From assembly GCA_013115145.1 (NCBI GenBank), contig JAAPAO010000314.1, positions 1 to 40,375 on the forward strand: a DNA stretch of 40,375 nt, written 5' to 3'. The notes under the pieces are model-generated. The model had not been told where the DNA came from, made no database searches, and saw only the letters and a program-made list of their open reading frames with translations. Both the position numbers and the translations under genes were made by a program. The stretch comes from Perkinsus chesapeaki ATCC PRA-425 (Eukaryota; Protista; Perkinsozoa). Positions 21,718 through 35,287 of the stretch are shown one piece after another. Each line of letters opens with the position of its first letter. The first letter of the stretch is position 1.

Positions 21718-22267
21718 TGAAGAGACGCTTCGGGCATTTGTAACATTCAAGTTTTCTACGTTTTCCATTTGAGACATCTCTTGTCGAGTTTGAGTTTTCA
21801 ACAGTGGTAAGCTGGGACATGTTCTCTTGATAATAAGTGCATGATGTCCTTAATCGTATTTCCTGATGTATTGGTAGCATGCTGCTGCTTTACTGTAAGT
21901 TATAGTACGATAGCCTTGGATCTGCCAATCTGAATGGCCTATTTTCTCATGGTTATAGCTCGTGAACTATCAAAGGTTTATTATATTGTTAATGTATACC
22001 AGTGGAAGCGACGGTCTGAGAATTGAAAGGAACTATTCAAAAGCCGCATTAATGGCTCGTGCTTCAATTTCGACCCCGAACTACTCGGCTGCTGGTTTAT
22101 CAGGTGGAACATTGCTCTCAGTGTTACCCTCTCCCCAGCAGTGTACGACGGGGCTCCTCAGTCACCTGAACTTAGTGAACTTAAGTAGCCTTTGTGGCCG
22201 TATGATATTGACGGTATGACTCCTATCATGATAAGGTTGCCTTGGTTTTTACAGTAGAATTATTATA

Positions 22268-24323
22268 ATGGACCCTAGCGTATCTGATGCCCGACGGTCT
22301 CTTCTCAGCGCCCCGAGCCCGGCATCTGCCGAGGCAAGCGTTCCGGTCCATAGATCTTTAACGCCAGCCCAGCGTGCTAAGAGGAGATGGATGCTTGTAC
22401 TCTGCCAGACTGCCTACTTTGTTACCATTACACTACTCTACCAAATAGCGCCTTTCTTCCCGGTCTATGCTAAGAAGGAGCTGGGTAGGCCCCGCAGAAG
22501 GTGCAGAATTCTCCCGTATCTCTCTTTGTTTTTTCTCAGGCCTCACCGATGCCACAATAGGTGTAGTGTTTGCCTTCTTGCCCTGCGCCTCCTGTATCAT
22601 GGCCCCTATTACCGGCTATCTGCTCCAGCTCCTTGGCTACTTTGCAGTGCTTGTTGGTGGTGGCGTATTTGTCGCTGTAGGGACCATAGGATTTGGTTTT
22701 TCCACGGCGCTGGGGTAAGCGTGCTCACCGGCCTCACCTCGTCTGGTGGACTGCTACCAAGTCAGGGGTTTCCTGGCCTTCCGGGCTATCCAAGGCGTCG
22801 GAGCTGCATGTACGTATCCTTCGACCTCCGCTATAATGGCCAGGTGACGAGTCCGTATCGGGCATTTTTGCTGTTAATATTCCCCTCAGATTGTTCCCCG
22901 GTGACATCGAGAAGATCTTTGCCTTCCAGGAGCTCATAGGCAACATCGGCTTCGCACTTGGACCGACCATTGGTAGCCATGACCGGCGATTCTGACTGTT
23001 GATATTCTCTTATCAGGCGCTGGACTCTTCCAGCTCGGAGGTTTCCACATGTCATTCATCGTCCTTACTGCGCTACACTTTGGTGTTATGGTACATTCAA
23101 TCCTTACCTATGCACAACACTGTTGTATTAGATTCTCATGATGGCAACGTGGGTACCCATACCACCGGCTCCCAGGCCGCCTCAGAGACATGATAGTGAG
23201 GGCGGACATGCATCCATCGAGCGAAAAATTGTGGGAGTTCGTGAGGTAGGCATCACCAGTTAGCATCCTCTTCCCCGTGTCATCTTCCAGGTTTTGAGAA
23301 TGCGTCATATCCTCATTACTGTCATCTGCAGCGCGCTGATTAGTTCGGCCTTTGGTTTTATGGATCCGGTAAGCAGCCTCCGTCAGAGTGAAGTATAAGC
23401 CTTGCAGGTCCTTTCTGAGCATTTCCTCCAAGTACTTGGTAAGGTCTCTCCGGCTACAATGGGACTCATGTTTGCCTTCCCCACCGTCACAATGGCCATC
23501 GCCACCCTTCTCATACCGAAGTAAGTCGATTCTCCGACGCTCCTCACCATCTGATCGTTTCAGGACCACAGCCCTCCTCACGAAGCATGTCACACTAGCG
23601 CTTGGTTTATTGGTCATGGGATTCGCTTTCGTAAGATCCTTCCATACTGCCTTGCTTCACCCACGGTTTGAGATCAGTTGACGGTAGGGCCCGTCATAAA
23701 GGTCTCGTCTAACCCCTGGGTGCAGCAGCTTATTGCTCTCGGCCTCGCCGGTATCGCTTCAAGTTGGGGTTGGGTGCCCTGTATGCCCTATATGATCGAA
23801 GGGGTCAGTGAGAAGCTCCTCGCACGGTTCAATACTGGTGCCTTCAGATCCCGCCTGAGATGGGTCACGGAGCGATCGATATGATATCTGCGATGTTTAA
23901 TGGAGGTGCCTCGTTAGGAGAGGCTTTGGGTCCAATACTAGGTGGATCATTAACTGGGTGAGATACCCTTGGACAGTTGTGTACCAGGACTTCCATACCG
24001 TAACTTCCTCTAATCAACTCCGAGTATTGCCCCCCACGTCTACTGGTATTCCCTTCAGGGTTATCGGCTTCAAATCTGCCTGTCTGGCCTATGCTATATT
24101 GTTCCTCTTGTACGGCGTCATCTTCTGGATTGTTGCACCAGACACATCAGCTCGAGACCGAGTCATGCCCTATACTGATTATGACGCTAATCCTGGGATA
24201 TCGGCGGCGAGGATTTCCCGAAGATACTCGACGGTTTCTGTCGCCAGCTGCCCGGTGGATGAACTGGAAAGACAAGCACCACTAGCGGCAAGAGAACGCA
24301 GTAGGCTGTCAATGCCGCTTTAA
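22268..24323 (+). CDS. MFS transporter, SLC18B1-like (vesicular amine/polyamine transporter type), paralog 1
   Basis: Spliced motifs APFFPVYAKKELG, RAIQGVGAA, RLFPGDIEKIFAFQELIGNIGFALGPTIG, FNGGASLGEALGPILGG. Confidence 0.85.
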
Positions 24324-24659
24324 ATGACTGGTATCTTAGGTCGAAGCATGCTCACCGGAGGGATGCGATAGAAGCAATTCGTTCGGCACTCCAGCATATT
24401 TGAAGGGGTGTTACTTCAATCGTCGATTCCGTCACAGCATGCCACTTCCTCTGCAGTAGATACTGCTTTTATATGCGTTACTTATTGCTGTCTCGATTGG
24501 ATAGCGGGGCTGTTCTCAACAACCTTAAGGTGTTTTCATTACAGAATCTCTTGGTTTTGTGTCGGAACCAGATTGCGTCACATCGTTGTCTACTTTTCAC
24601 AGACTTGGCAGGACCCTGCAAGCTAGCCCGCCAGAGCTGCCCTTGAAGTGATTCGCCGT

Positions 24660-26787
24660 ATGAGTGTCCAAGGAACATCCCACGACCTCCAACAATCGCT
24701 ACTAGCCTCCACTAAAGAGCAAGGCTGCCGTCCACCAGTCGCGGAGGATGCAGACTCTGGCGGCCACCTATCCTCGACCGAGCGTGCCAAGAGGAGATGG
24801 ATGCTGATACTGTGCCAAACTTCCTATTTCCTAACTATAAGTCTCCTCTATAATCTAGCACCATTTTTCCCAATTTATGCTGAGAGGGAGCTCGGTAAGC
24901 CCTCCCGCCCAAGTTGATATATTACCAGCCATTTTTCAGGTCTCTCAAACGCTATCATTGGTCTTGTATTCTCTGGCCTACCACTGGCATCCTGCATAAT
25001 GGCGCCTATATCGGGATATCTTTTACAGTCGATAGGTCACTTTGCAGTTCTATCCGCAGGTGGCGTCTTTGTCGCTATCGGTACCAGCGGTTTTGGATTC
25101 TCGCACACTCTAGTGTAAGCCAACATTAATGAAGTCTTGGTTGAATTTTTTTGTTTCCAGCGGATTCTTGACATTTCGAGCAATCCAAGGCGTTGGTGCT
25201 GCATGCAGTTACTCTGCCATATCGGCTATAATGGCCAGGTGAGGATGAGAGGGTAAGTCGGAGGATACTCTAACTTCGATTATTAGGCTCTTCCCGGGGG
25301 ACATAGAGAAGATCTTTGCAGCACAGGAGTTCATAGCGAATATCGGGTTCGCCTTAGGACCAACGATAGGTACCTGACCAGAGATAATGCATTTCAGTTT
25401 TGCACTATTGACGATCAGGGGCTTTCCTCTTCCAGTGGGGTGGCTTCCGTATGCCATTTGTCGCCGTCACAGTAGTTCACTTAGCCGTCACGGTGAGTTC
25501 CAATAGATGGGTTGATGTTTAGTAGCTTTGTCAGATAACCATGATGGTAACTTGGGTACCACTGCCGGAGGAGAAGCGTCGTCCAGCTGTTAATAGATCA
25601 TATACCAATCAGGGAAAGATAGTCGGAGTGCAAGAGGTAGGTATCCGGAAGTAAGATCATCTTGTCCGTCAAGCTGTTCGTGGCTGTAAAAATGCTTCCT
25701 ATACTTCCGTCTGTGTGGGGCGGTGTTCTCTAATGATTTGATACGATCTTCATCAGGTGCTACGTATGCGGCATGTTGCGATGACTCTCCTATCTACCGC
25801 TCTAGTATGCACATCATTTTCATTCATGGATCCAGTAAGTACCACAAACACTCCATACCACTCTTCCTTCAAATCACTCCTTTAGGTTCTGTCCGGTCAT
25901 TTCCTCGACGTCCTTGGTCCGGTATCACCATCAGTAATGGGCCTTCTCTTTGCCTTCCCCACCGTCACCATGGCCATAGTCACTCCGTTCATCCCACAGT
26001 ACTCATTCTAGTACCCCTTCCGCTTCCTGACCTAGTCACCTTCTCAGGACCACTGCCCTGCTCACCAAGCGCACGACGATTGCCTTTGGCTTGTTAGCTA
26101 CCGCACTCTTTTTCGTAATAGAGAACGATCGATGTGGCTGGATATTGCTCCCCCCTCTCAGGCTACCCTAGGACCGATCATAAAGGTCTCGTCTAACCCC
26201 TGGGTGCAACAGCTTATTGCTCTTGGCCTCGCCGGTATCGCTTCAAGTTGGGGTTGGGTGCCCTGTATGCCGTATATGATTGATGGGGTCAGTGGTAATT
26301 CCCTATACACGAGTACACTATTGTCTCTGTTAGGTTCCCTCCAGGATGGGACATGGCGCTACCGATATGATATCTGCTCTCTTTAATGGAGGCGCCTCTT
26401 TTGGTGAAGCCCTCGGACCTCTCATCGGTGGAATACTGACTGAGTAAGTCTACTGTTACTACCTTCCTTCAATCATGCTCTGCCGCTCAGCTACATCGGC
26501 TTCTACAATGCCTCTGTGGGTTTCGCAATAGTGGCAACCGTGTACGGCCTGCTATTCTGGATCTGCGCTCCCGACACCTCTCCTGTGGAGTGCTTACCCT
26601 CAAGCGAACAAGATACACACAGCATTACTTCTAGACGAATGCCATCAGTAGCACCCCTTACAGAGTCCCCTCGTGGCCCGGCTGTAGTTCATTTCGTGCG
26701 GGATAAAAGTAGTGTAGCAGTTGGCGGCTTTTTATTAAGCTGATGATTCTCAGGCCCGAGAATGTTGAAACTCTAATAATCAGCTAA
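24660..26787 (+). CDS. MFS transporter, SLC18B1-like, paralog 2; last exon boundary uncertain (stop 26743 if the last intron is not spliced)
   Basis: Same motifs as paralog 1 (APFFPIYAERELG, FPGDIEKIFAAQEFIANIGFALGPTIG). Confidence 0.85.
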
Positions 26788-27094
26788 TTAGTCACCAAGC
26801 AAATGAGCCAGGATGAGATTCACACCAAAGGCAATCAGAATGACAAATTTCAGCTGCTTTTTTTCGCGCGACGTGCATGAGCGCAGGTCCAAGTTGTTAT
26901 CACTCTAATCCGGTTTGCTCGATGTCCCCCTGTCATCCTATCGGCCCGAAGTGGCCGAGTGCATATCTCTCATAATAACGTACCCCACGTTTCTCTTTAG
27001 CTTCTTAACTTTTCGTAGTCCTTGAGTTCGTTAGCATAGCTCTATTGAGAGCTTATGCTAGCTGTTTCGCATTGGTCGAATCGTCTAGAAAAAT

Positions 27095-27620
27095 CGAAGT
27101 TGGGATGGTCATCGATCGGCAGCAGGCATAATCTGTCTCGTCGTGGATTTAATTCTTAGCAGCCGATGCGTACGGGTGAGAGAGCTATCATGGCTTCATC
27201 GACGGCGACTTGTGCTGATGGCAGAACTCATGCGAAAATAGTTCTCGTGTCTGGTATTTGACGGCTCCAACATGATTCGACAACGGTTGGGAAGTTTAAT
27301 ACCCCCAATGCCCTTGGAGAGCTCGACGGCTTAGTAGGCGTTGTCGACAGCTGGCAAGGCAAATGACTATTTCAATTTTTTTGGCCCTGAGTTCGTGGCT
27401 CATCCGGACACTTTTGAACCTTTTGGGGGATAGATTGGGTCGCAGCACGCGCAACTATCTGCTTCATTATCGGATATATGCGCTTCTCCGTGAAAAACTG
27501 GAACTGAGCGGTATGAGAGTGCTGGAGTGAGGTCCGAGCTTCTCACTCCGCTGAATACCAGTTCTCCGTGTCATCAGTGGACTGTCCCTTTGGACGGCTT
27601 ACACTGCTTCCGACAACTCT
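27095..27620 (-). pseudogene. Degenerate copy of the N-terminal exons of the secreted esterase gene at 36047..37637
   Basis: EKRIYPIMKQIVARAATQSIPQKV matches EECIFPLLNQMVVRAATESITQKV; TRHENYFRM matches TRYENYLRM. Intron sequence is also homologous, but the acceptor is CAC (27492-27490) instead of CAG and stops follow. Confidence 0.8.
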
Positions 27621-27752
27621 GAGATGTTTCCATCACTAAGTATTTCAGTTTGTGTTGGAGCCCCTTTCGGTTCTTACTTCACGACAGCACAGTAGCGTCT
27701 TTCGAATTGGCTACCTGCCAGCGCCACTCGTAGCCTTTTAGTGACTTATTAT

Positions 27753-29892
27753 ATGAACGCACAAGATACACCCGAAGGTCTGGAGCGATTACTATTACCA
27801 TCCGCTGGAGAGCAGAGCTGCTCCAGTCCTCCCCTAACCTCAGCCCAGCGTGCTAAGAGGAGATGGATGCTCATACTCTGCCAGACTGCCTACTTTGTTA
27901 CCATTACACTACTCTATCAGATGGCACCATTCTTTCCGGTCTATGCTAAGAAGGAGTTGGGTAAAAACTCTTACCCCTTCATTCGTTGAACCCATTGGTC
28001 TCGGCAGGTCTATCTCACGCTATCATTGGTCTTGTATTTGCGGGCCTACCGCTGGCATCCTGCATAATGGCGCCTATATCGGGATATCTTTTGCAGTCGA
28101 TAGGTCACTTTGCAGTTCTATCCGCAGGTGGCGTCTTTGTCGCTATCGGTACCAGCGGTTTTGGATTCTCGCACACTCTAGTGTAGGCCAACATTAATGA
28201 GCATTCTTGGTTAAATGTTGTTGCTTCCAGCGGATTCCTGACATTTCGAGCAATCCAAGGCGTTGGTGCTGCATGCAGTTACTCTGCCATATCGGCTATA
28301 ATGGCCAGGTGAGGATGAAGGGGTAAGTCGGAGGATACTCTAACTTCGATTATTAGGCTCTTCCCGGGGGACATAGAGAAGATCTTTGCAGCACAGGAAT
28401 TGATAGCAAACGTTGGATTCGCCTTAGGACCAACGATAGGTACCTGACCGACGGTCAGTGACCGTTGGTATAGTGGCCACTTTCCACTCCCGACTATCAG
28501 GTGCCTGCCTCTTCCAGTGGGGTGGCTTCCGTATACCCTTTCTCACTTTAACTGCCATTCACTTGGTCGTCACGGTGAGTTCCGATACACCCTATCTCAT
28601 TGAACATCTCATCCAGGTAACCATGATGGTGACTTGGGTACCCCTACCCAAGGACAAGTCTCATGCAAGTAGCGAGCAATCGTATAGAAATCAGAAGAAG
28701 ATAGTGGGCATGCGAGAGGTAGGCTACGATAGTCAAGGCTCGTGCCCTGCTGGAGTTGTGGCGTTTCAACTGAGAATCAGAAGATATGAGAATATTGGCT
28801 TCATGCTTCGGTATTTCACGCCGGAATCCTTCAGAGAACCTTCTGCCACCTGGTCTCCATCAGGTGCTACGTATGCGGCATGTTGCGATGACTCTCCTAT
28901 CCACCGCCCTAGTATGTGCGTCATTCGGATTCATGGATCCAGTAAGTACCACAAACACTCCATACCACTCTTCCTTCAAATCACTCCTTTAGGTTCTGTC
29001 CGGTCATTTCCTGGATGTCCTTGGTCCGGTATCACCATCAGTAATGGGCCTTCTTTTTGCCTTCCCCACCGTCACCATGGCCATAGTCACTCCGTTCATC
29101 CCACAGTACCCACCTCCATCACTTTTGCTCTCTCAGTCACCTTTGCAGGACCACTGCCCTGCTCACCAAGCGCACGACGATTGCCTTTGGCTTGCTGGCT
29201 ATGGGGCTCTTCTTCGTAAAAGACCTCTCCATCCTAATAGGCGTTACTCTTCCGTTCGCTTGGTCAGGCCACCCTTGGACCCGCCATAAAGGTCTCGTCT
29301 AACCCCTGGGTGCAGCAGCTTATTGCTCTCGGCCTCGCCGGTATCGCTTCCAGTTGGGGTTGGGTGCCCTGTATGCCGTATATGATTGATGGGGTCAGTG
29401 GTAATTCCCTATACACGAGTACACTATTGTCTCTATTAGGTTCCCTCCAGGATGGGACATGGCGCTACCGATATGATATCTGCTCTCTTTAATGGAGGCG
29501 CCTCTTTTGGTGAAGCCCTCGGACCTCTCATCGGTGGAATACTGACCGAGTAAGCTGAGTTCTACTGCTCCTGAGACTCGTCACGTTTTTCTCAGTTCCA
29601 TTGGCTTCCCGAGTGCCTGCGTGGGCTTCTCCATTGTAGTCACCGTGTACGGTGTGCTATTCTGGATCTGCGCTCCCGACACCTCATCCGTCAAGCTTCT
29701 CCCTCTGTGCCAAGACGAGGCAGACAGCATTACTTCTAGACGAATGCCATCAGTAGCACCCCTTACAGAGTCCCCTCGTGGCCCGGCTGTAGTTCATTTC
29801 GTGCGGGATAAAAGTAGTGTAGCAGTTGGCGGCTTTTTATTAAGACGATTATTTTCAGGCCCAAGAATGTTGAAACTCTAATAATCAGCTAA
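27753..29892 (+). CDS. MFS transporter, SLC18B1-like, paralog 3; last exon boundary uncertain (stop 29881 if unspliced)
   Basis: Same motifs; near-identical DNA blocks shared with paralog 2 and an exon-1 block shared with paralog 1. Confidence 0.85.
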
Positions 29893-30235
29893 TTAGTCAC
29901 CAAGGGAATGAGCCAGGATGAGATACACACCAAAGGCAATCAGAATGACGAATTTCCGTGACCTCTACTGTTCTGTGTGCCTTGCGCATGCGTGCAGATA
30001 TGCGCATTGCATTCGCGTGCAGGTTCAAGTTGTGATTCCTATTAAGCCTCTTTAATCCGATATGCCTGATCCCTCTCCAGTCGGGCTGCAACGCCTGATG
30101 ATTGTATATCTGTCATTATAACGTACGCTACGTTTCTCTCTAGCTACTGTACTTCACTTCTTTCTTGAGTTCGTCACCACAATTGCGAACTTGCGCGCGG
30201 CTTCATTCACGCGCAGTTCTTCCTGAGGCGTTACG

Positions 30236-33200
30236 ATGGTCCCCAGTCGGCATCAGGCAGCATCCGCGCCATCATCGTCCTCATCAAAGATTCGAATCCA
30301 GCCGGGCCGCCGCGTCCAGGTGGTGGGGGAGCGTTGCTGCCGCCTTCGGCACCGTCGCCTGTCATGTACTCTTGGGCTTCTGGCATTTTGTTTGGGTTTG
30401 TCAGGGACGAACTTCGGATCCGGCGCTGCTGCATCCCCACTATAATGAGGGGCCCGCAGCAGCATCGTCTTCGTCTGCTACTGGCGCTGCTCCATCGACC
30501 TTCGTCAGAGAGATATACCGAGTTCAACCACAAGATCCCGCTAAGCCCGACATGGCGGCAATCAGGTAGGATGCGCAGCTCTAACGCACGTAAGTCGTGC
30601 CGCCGTGAAAATATCTGTATTTTTAGGCAAGTCGCCGGCGTGTACTGGGGCACATCCCTTGTTGTTGACCTCAATGGCCTAGTTCCGTCCAGCTTTGATG
30701 AGTTACTACAACTTGTATGATTGGATAGCATTGTCTGCCCCACCGGTGATATCAGTTACGTGACTTGGCCCTCCAAGCGAGAGATAAAAGATGTCCAATA
30801 GGCCAGCTTCACCTAACCAACTTAGCGCTTTTCAACTCTCTTGAGCCGGTCAGAGCCTCGGGCCAGCCGTGTCGCATTACTCACTTTGCAGATTCGTACA
30901 GTTACCACAGCAATACGGGAATCTCTTGGACCAGATGAAGAACTCTCGCTTTGTCAGCAGCTCTTTCTGAGGTACGTTCTCAAAGCCTATGTTCACGCTG
31001 TTACTTAGTCTTATCAGCTATCAGTGTTCCCCTAACGAGGGCGTAGAGCTAGAGTCCATGTGCTTGAGTATATCAGTTGAAGTCATCTTACCGACGGGAA
31101 CGGGCCTCAGAGCTGTGGTAGGCGGCGCACTCTACTTCCAATAATAGGTTTATCCTTCCTTTCAGAGCCGCCTTACTCCTGAGGAACTGTTGGATGCTTC
31201 CCGCATAAAATCTGAAATGAGTAAGATGCTTCCGGCTTATAGTCGTTACTAAACGGTAACAGTATTATCAGATACTCCCGGTCCGGCAAATACCACTGAA
31301 AAAAACGGCGACGCAAGCGCGGTGAGTCCGTTAATATGGCAGGCAGTTCTTCACGATTACTGCCGCGAAATGGAACCATACGCGTACGTGCTCAGAGCAT
31401 CGCCCCCGGTAAGGCACCGTCTGCAGAAGTTGAAGGCGGTCGGGAATCCTGGGTTGACGCGGCCGCACTGGTCGAATGCGATAATTGTCATAAGCGAAGG
31501 TCAGAGTCTTCAACCGATCGGTGATTAAGTTCCCGTTAACAGGTTCATCAACAAAGCGACGGCAGAGTTGGTGGAGAAGTTTAACAAGTTTAACTGCTCC
31601 ATGCTAGAAAGTGAGCTTCGGCATATTTCAGTACCAGAAGATGTCTGTGGCAGACGGTTCCTGTGCTACTGTTGATGACTGGCCGATGGTCATTGCGACG
31701 GTTTCCTCCGTAGCGGATTCTCGACAAGAGGCAGAGGATAGAGCAAAACCTGTTACGGTTCGTAGCGCACTGCGAGGATTACAGGGAATCTCGCTGTTCT
31801 CAGCAAAAATCTGCCAAGCGGCGTCGTTCAAAGTCGAAGGGGGAAACCGACAAGGAGGAGGAGCCACCTGTGGAGACAGCTACGCCAGCGATGAAGCGAA
31901 GGACTTCCAACGGAGGGAGGCGGCAGGTTGAGAAGACATCAATGAAATTTCCATTTCGTACCACTCCTTCAGAAAATCACTATCGTCAACGCTACCGATG
32001 CAGTAGAGGATACGGAGCAGGTTGCCGCAAAAGAAGAAGAGCTACCTGTAAGCTATTCCAGATCCATACCAGGTGAGGCTCTCATGTAGGTTATCGAAGA
32101 TGCCACTCCGATAGTAACTACAAATCGTAGGGCAAAGAAATCGGACAAGTCACAATCTCGGCCTAATAGAAACAGCGTAAGTCTGCTTTGGTGAAACCCC
32201 AGTAGCTTGGGAGGCTAGGGAGGTGCCCCACCAATCACTTGAGTCATCGGCCTGTAGGCATCAGGTCGAGACCCTCAGAGTGGTCGCTGAGGCACTAGCA
32301 CGCTGCACAGACTATGTCTGTGCAGTGAGCCCTACCCACACTCCCGTGCCTTCTGGGGCTTCAGTGTTAACGTTCATAACTCATCTGAATCGGCGGCTCG
32401 GCTTGATGGATTCTCATTATTTCGTAATTCAGAGGGCCCAGGAAGCCGATACGCAAGCGTTATTCCTTTCTCTAATTACACCGATAGTGGAACACGCCGC
32501 AAGGATCCTACTGCTCGCCCAAGACCCACCCCCCGAAACAAGTGTGGGAGATGACGTGTTGTGCATACCCGACTCGGTAGGCGACTCACTTCCGCCCATC
32601 ACCCGCGTATGTATGGTTTTAGTGCTTTGAGGAAGAGGTCGCCATCACAGACCTCTTCGAGTTGCTGCGGAAAAGTGACATTTCTGGTCTTCGGTAAGAA
32701 ACATCTCGTAGATCTGTTGCAGCCTTTTCATCCTTTCTATCGTGTTTTATGTTTAGCCTATCAACCGTTGCGTTACGTGGTGTTCGGTCGCTCCTAATTA
32801 ATTATTTCGTCCAGTGAGCTCTCGTTCTTATGTAGGTACATTAAATTCCCACCAAGCCGGTGCCGCCTCACCGTATCGTTCAACCAAGACCACTTGGAGT
32901 CCTTCGTTGATATGCTAGCTAAATTCCGAAACATCTCCCACCTTGATTTCGGCGCCATTGGGACCGCTGCCGCTGACTCGAAGATTCATTCTTGGTCAGT
33001 CTAGCTTCGACTGTATATCTCAGTTCTGACGGTCTTCCACTAGTCTTTGCGTCTAGCGTAAGTGCTTCCCCTCAGGAGGTCCCTTAGCCGTGGCTTCTCC
33101 CATACTGGTGTAACACACCTTGGCCTCAACCAGGAAAGGCTGACGCCATCTGTGAGAACTTTTTGTCAAGGCTTTGCTCGTACGCAGTGTTTTTGCTTAG

Positions 33201-33422
33201 ATGCTGCGGACTATCGAGAACGGTCTTATGAAAACCAGAGCTCGAGGGGAGGCGTTCCGGATTGCTGAAGGCATTCCCCATGATGACTTGGACGAGACCG
33301 CTGAGTAAGTAAAGCTAAGCTGCTCTTACTTGAATAATTCCCCCTCCATCAGACCTTACTATCCGGAGGCTTGGATAGCCCCTTCGGTGGAATCGCCTGC
33401 GGAGGTGAAAACAACATCATAA
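30236..33422 (+). CDS. Large multi-exon hypothetical protein with a CW-type zinc-finger-like motif; exact start and exon structure uncertain
   Basis: Spliced segment LVECDNCHKRR|FINKATAELVEKFNKFNCSMLE|NGSCATVDDW; many short GT-AG introns; plausible terminal exon EPYYPEAWIAPSVESPAEVKTTS*. Confidence 0.55.
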
Positions 33423-33741
33423 TCATCATTGCTCCTTAGTATAGTACAAATGTTTAACTAATCTGCGTCTTATAGTATTAGCTGCTAATTGATTATATAT
33501 CAATGACCTTGCGTTGTTAATTACAATTCGATCCAAGCCGCGAGTCTTGGCCCACAACACATACGCTCTATCACACCGTTCCTGTCTACTGCACTCGTTC
33601 CAGGATGCACTACTCAGCCCGCCAAGCCCACTCTGGTCTTTCGCTAAAGGAAAAACATTTCAAATTTCGTGCATTGCAACGAGCGCGTGACCCCCTAACG
33701 ACATAGTGATTGTGACAAAGAAGTAGTCCGTTTCCAGTTTT

Positions 33742-35287
33742 ATGTCTGTAAGTGATTTGGGCTTCGCAAGCTGGTGCTCCGCCACCTTCGCTTCAGACGA
33801 CGATCAGCTGGAGTTTGGCTCTGCGAACTCTCGTGAGACCACCGCTCCTGTGGCACCGCAAAAACCACTAAAAACTGTCGTGAAACACGGTCAAGAGAAA
33901 ACAGACGAACACGCCGGTCCATCTAGGAAGGCTCCCAACCTACTCCTACAGACGACAATTATATCCTTTATAGTAGTGCTGGCCAGCTCACTCACGTCCG
34001 CTCTACTCGGCCGGTATTGGGATGCTATGTTTGAAGCAGAATTCGGATTAAACAGTTTTATCGAAGTTGAGGTATTCGTCTCCGGCGCACCTGTCTTACG
34101 CATAGGTGTGGTTTGGGCCTTCCCATTAGCGCTGGCATTAGCGTTTTATTGGAAAGCCAAACCTGGAGCAGCGACAACCGCAAAGCCGGCGACTGTTCAG
34201 CAGTCGCCCGCAGTAGGGGAGACGGGCAAAGTCGACTACGAGTTACCAGAAGGGGCGTCGCTGATTAAGAGGATAAGGGAGGTGTTGGCACTACCCGATG
34301 CCCGGGAGCCTGGCGCTGACCCAGACGGGTTTTCAACCGTACACACGCAAACTGAGCCGTACTACTGCTACGTGGAGAAGCGTTCGGTGATGGTCGGTGA
34401 TGGCAATGAAGTTGACGCACAATGGATGTCACAATGGCGAATTACTGTTCACATAAAAAACCACAGCGCTTCTGAAGTTTATAATGTTATGGGCGGTAGA
34501 AATGAAAGCGAATGGAATAGCCAATGCACGGGATCGGAGGTGGGCCTAGTTACGGTATGGATAGCGTAACCGCCGACCGTTGCAGTTGATCACCGCGGCT
34601 GAGCAGCGGTTGGAGGATCGAGGCTTAGAGCTAGTACGATGCACGTACGCTGGGGTCCCTTTAACAATCAGCGCCAGAGAAGTGAGTTTGAGGAATCCGC
34701 CGTTCTACGAGGGAAATGTCTGAAATTCAGGTTCTCCAGTTCAGGACGCGTCGTAGAGAAGGTGACAGAAGCCTGTTGGCTTTTACTAGTACCGGTACAG
34801 AAGTGTAAGAATAGGAGTCTGGTTGTTCCAGTTGTCTTTCTCAAGTTTCGATTTCTCCTTCAAACTTGATTAGACATTAATGCAATAGTACGAGCATTAG
34901 CATCAAACATCATGTCTGTTTTGCTCCTTATCTGGCGCTCAATCACTGCCCATGGGCCTACATTACCCCAACCATTTCCTGTATGTCTTTGTGACGCATT
35001 GTTATCCTATATCAAGGTTCGATATACCAGTGAAAGATGGCTACACTAGAGCCCACCAGCACCTTGGTGGATGGCTGATAGAGCCTTTGCCGGGGGATTC
35101 TACAGGAACGATACTGAAGGTTATCTCGTGTGTTGATCCTGGAGGGTAAATCTGCTCTCACTGAAGTCAGACCTGTCGTCGACAAAGCAGATACGTGCCT
35201 GTTTCGATCCTAAACTGGATGGGCTGGCGAGGTGCAGTCGAGCTGTGTACGAGCCTGAACAAATTCCTCGATAAAAACCGTAATTGA
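33742..35287 (+). CDS. START-domain lipid-binding protein with two N-terminal hydrophobic segments
   Basis: ISARE|F, GYTRAHQHLGGWLIEPL, VDPGG|YVPVSILNW are typical START C-terminal motifs; hydrophobic LLLQTTIISFIVVLASSL and IGVVWAFPLALALAFYW. Confidence 0.85.

Noticed and set aside
22970-22985. GTAGCCAT resembling part of the perkinsid/dinoflagellate spliced leader
   Set aside because: Only 8 nt match, inside an MFS intron; flanks do not match the leader.
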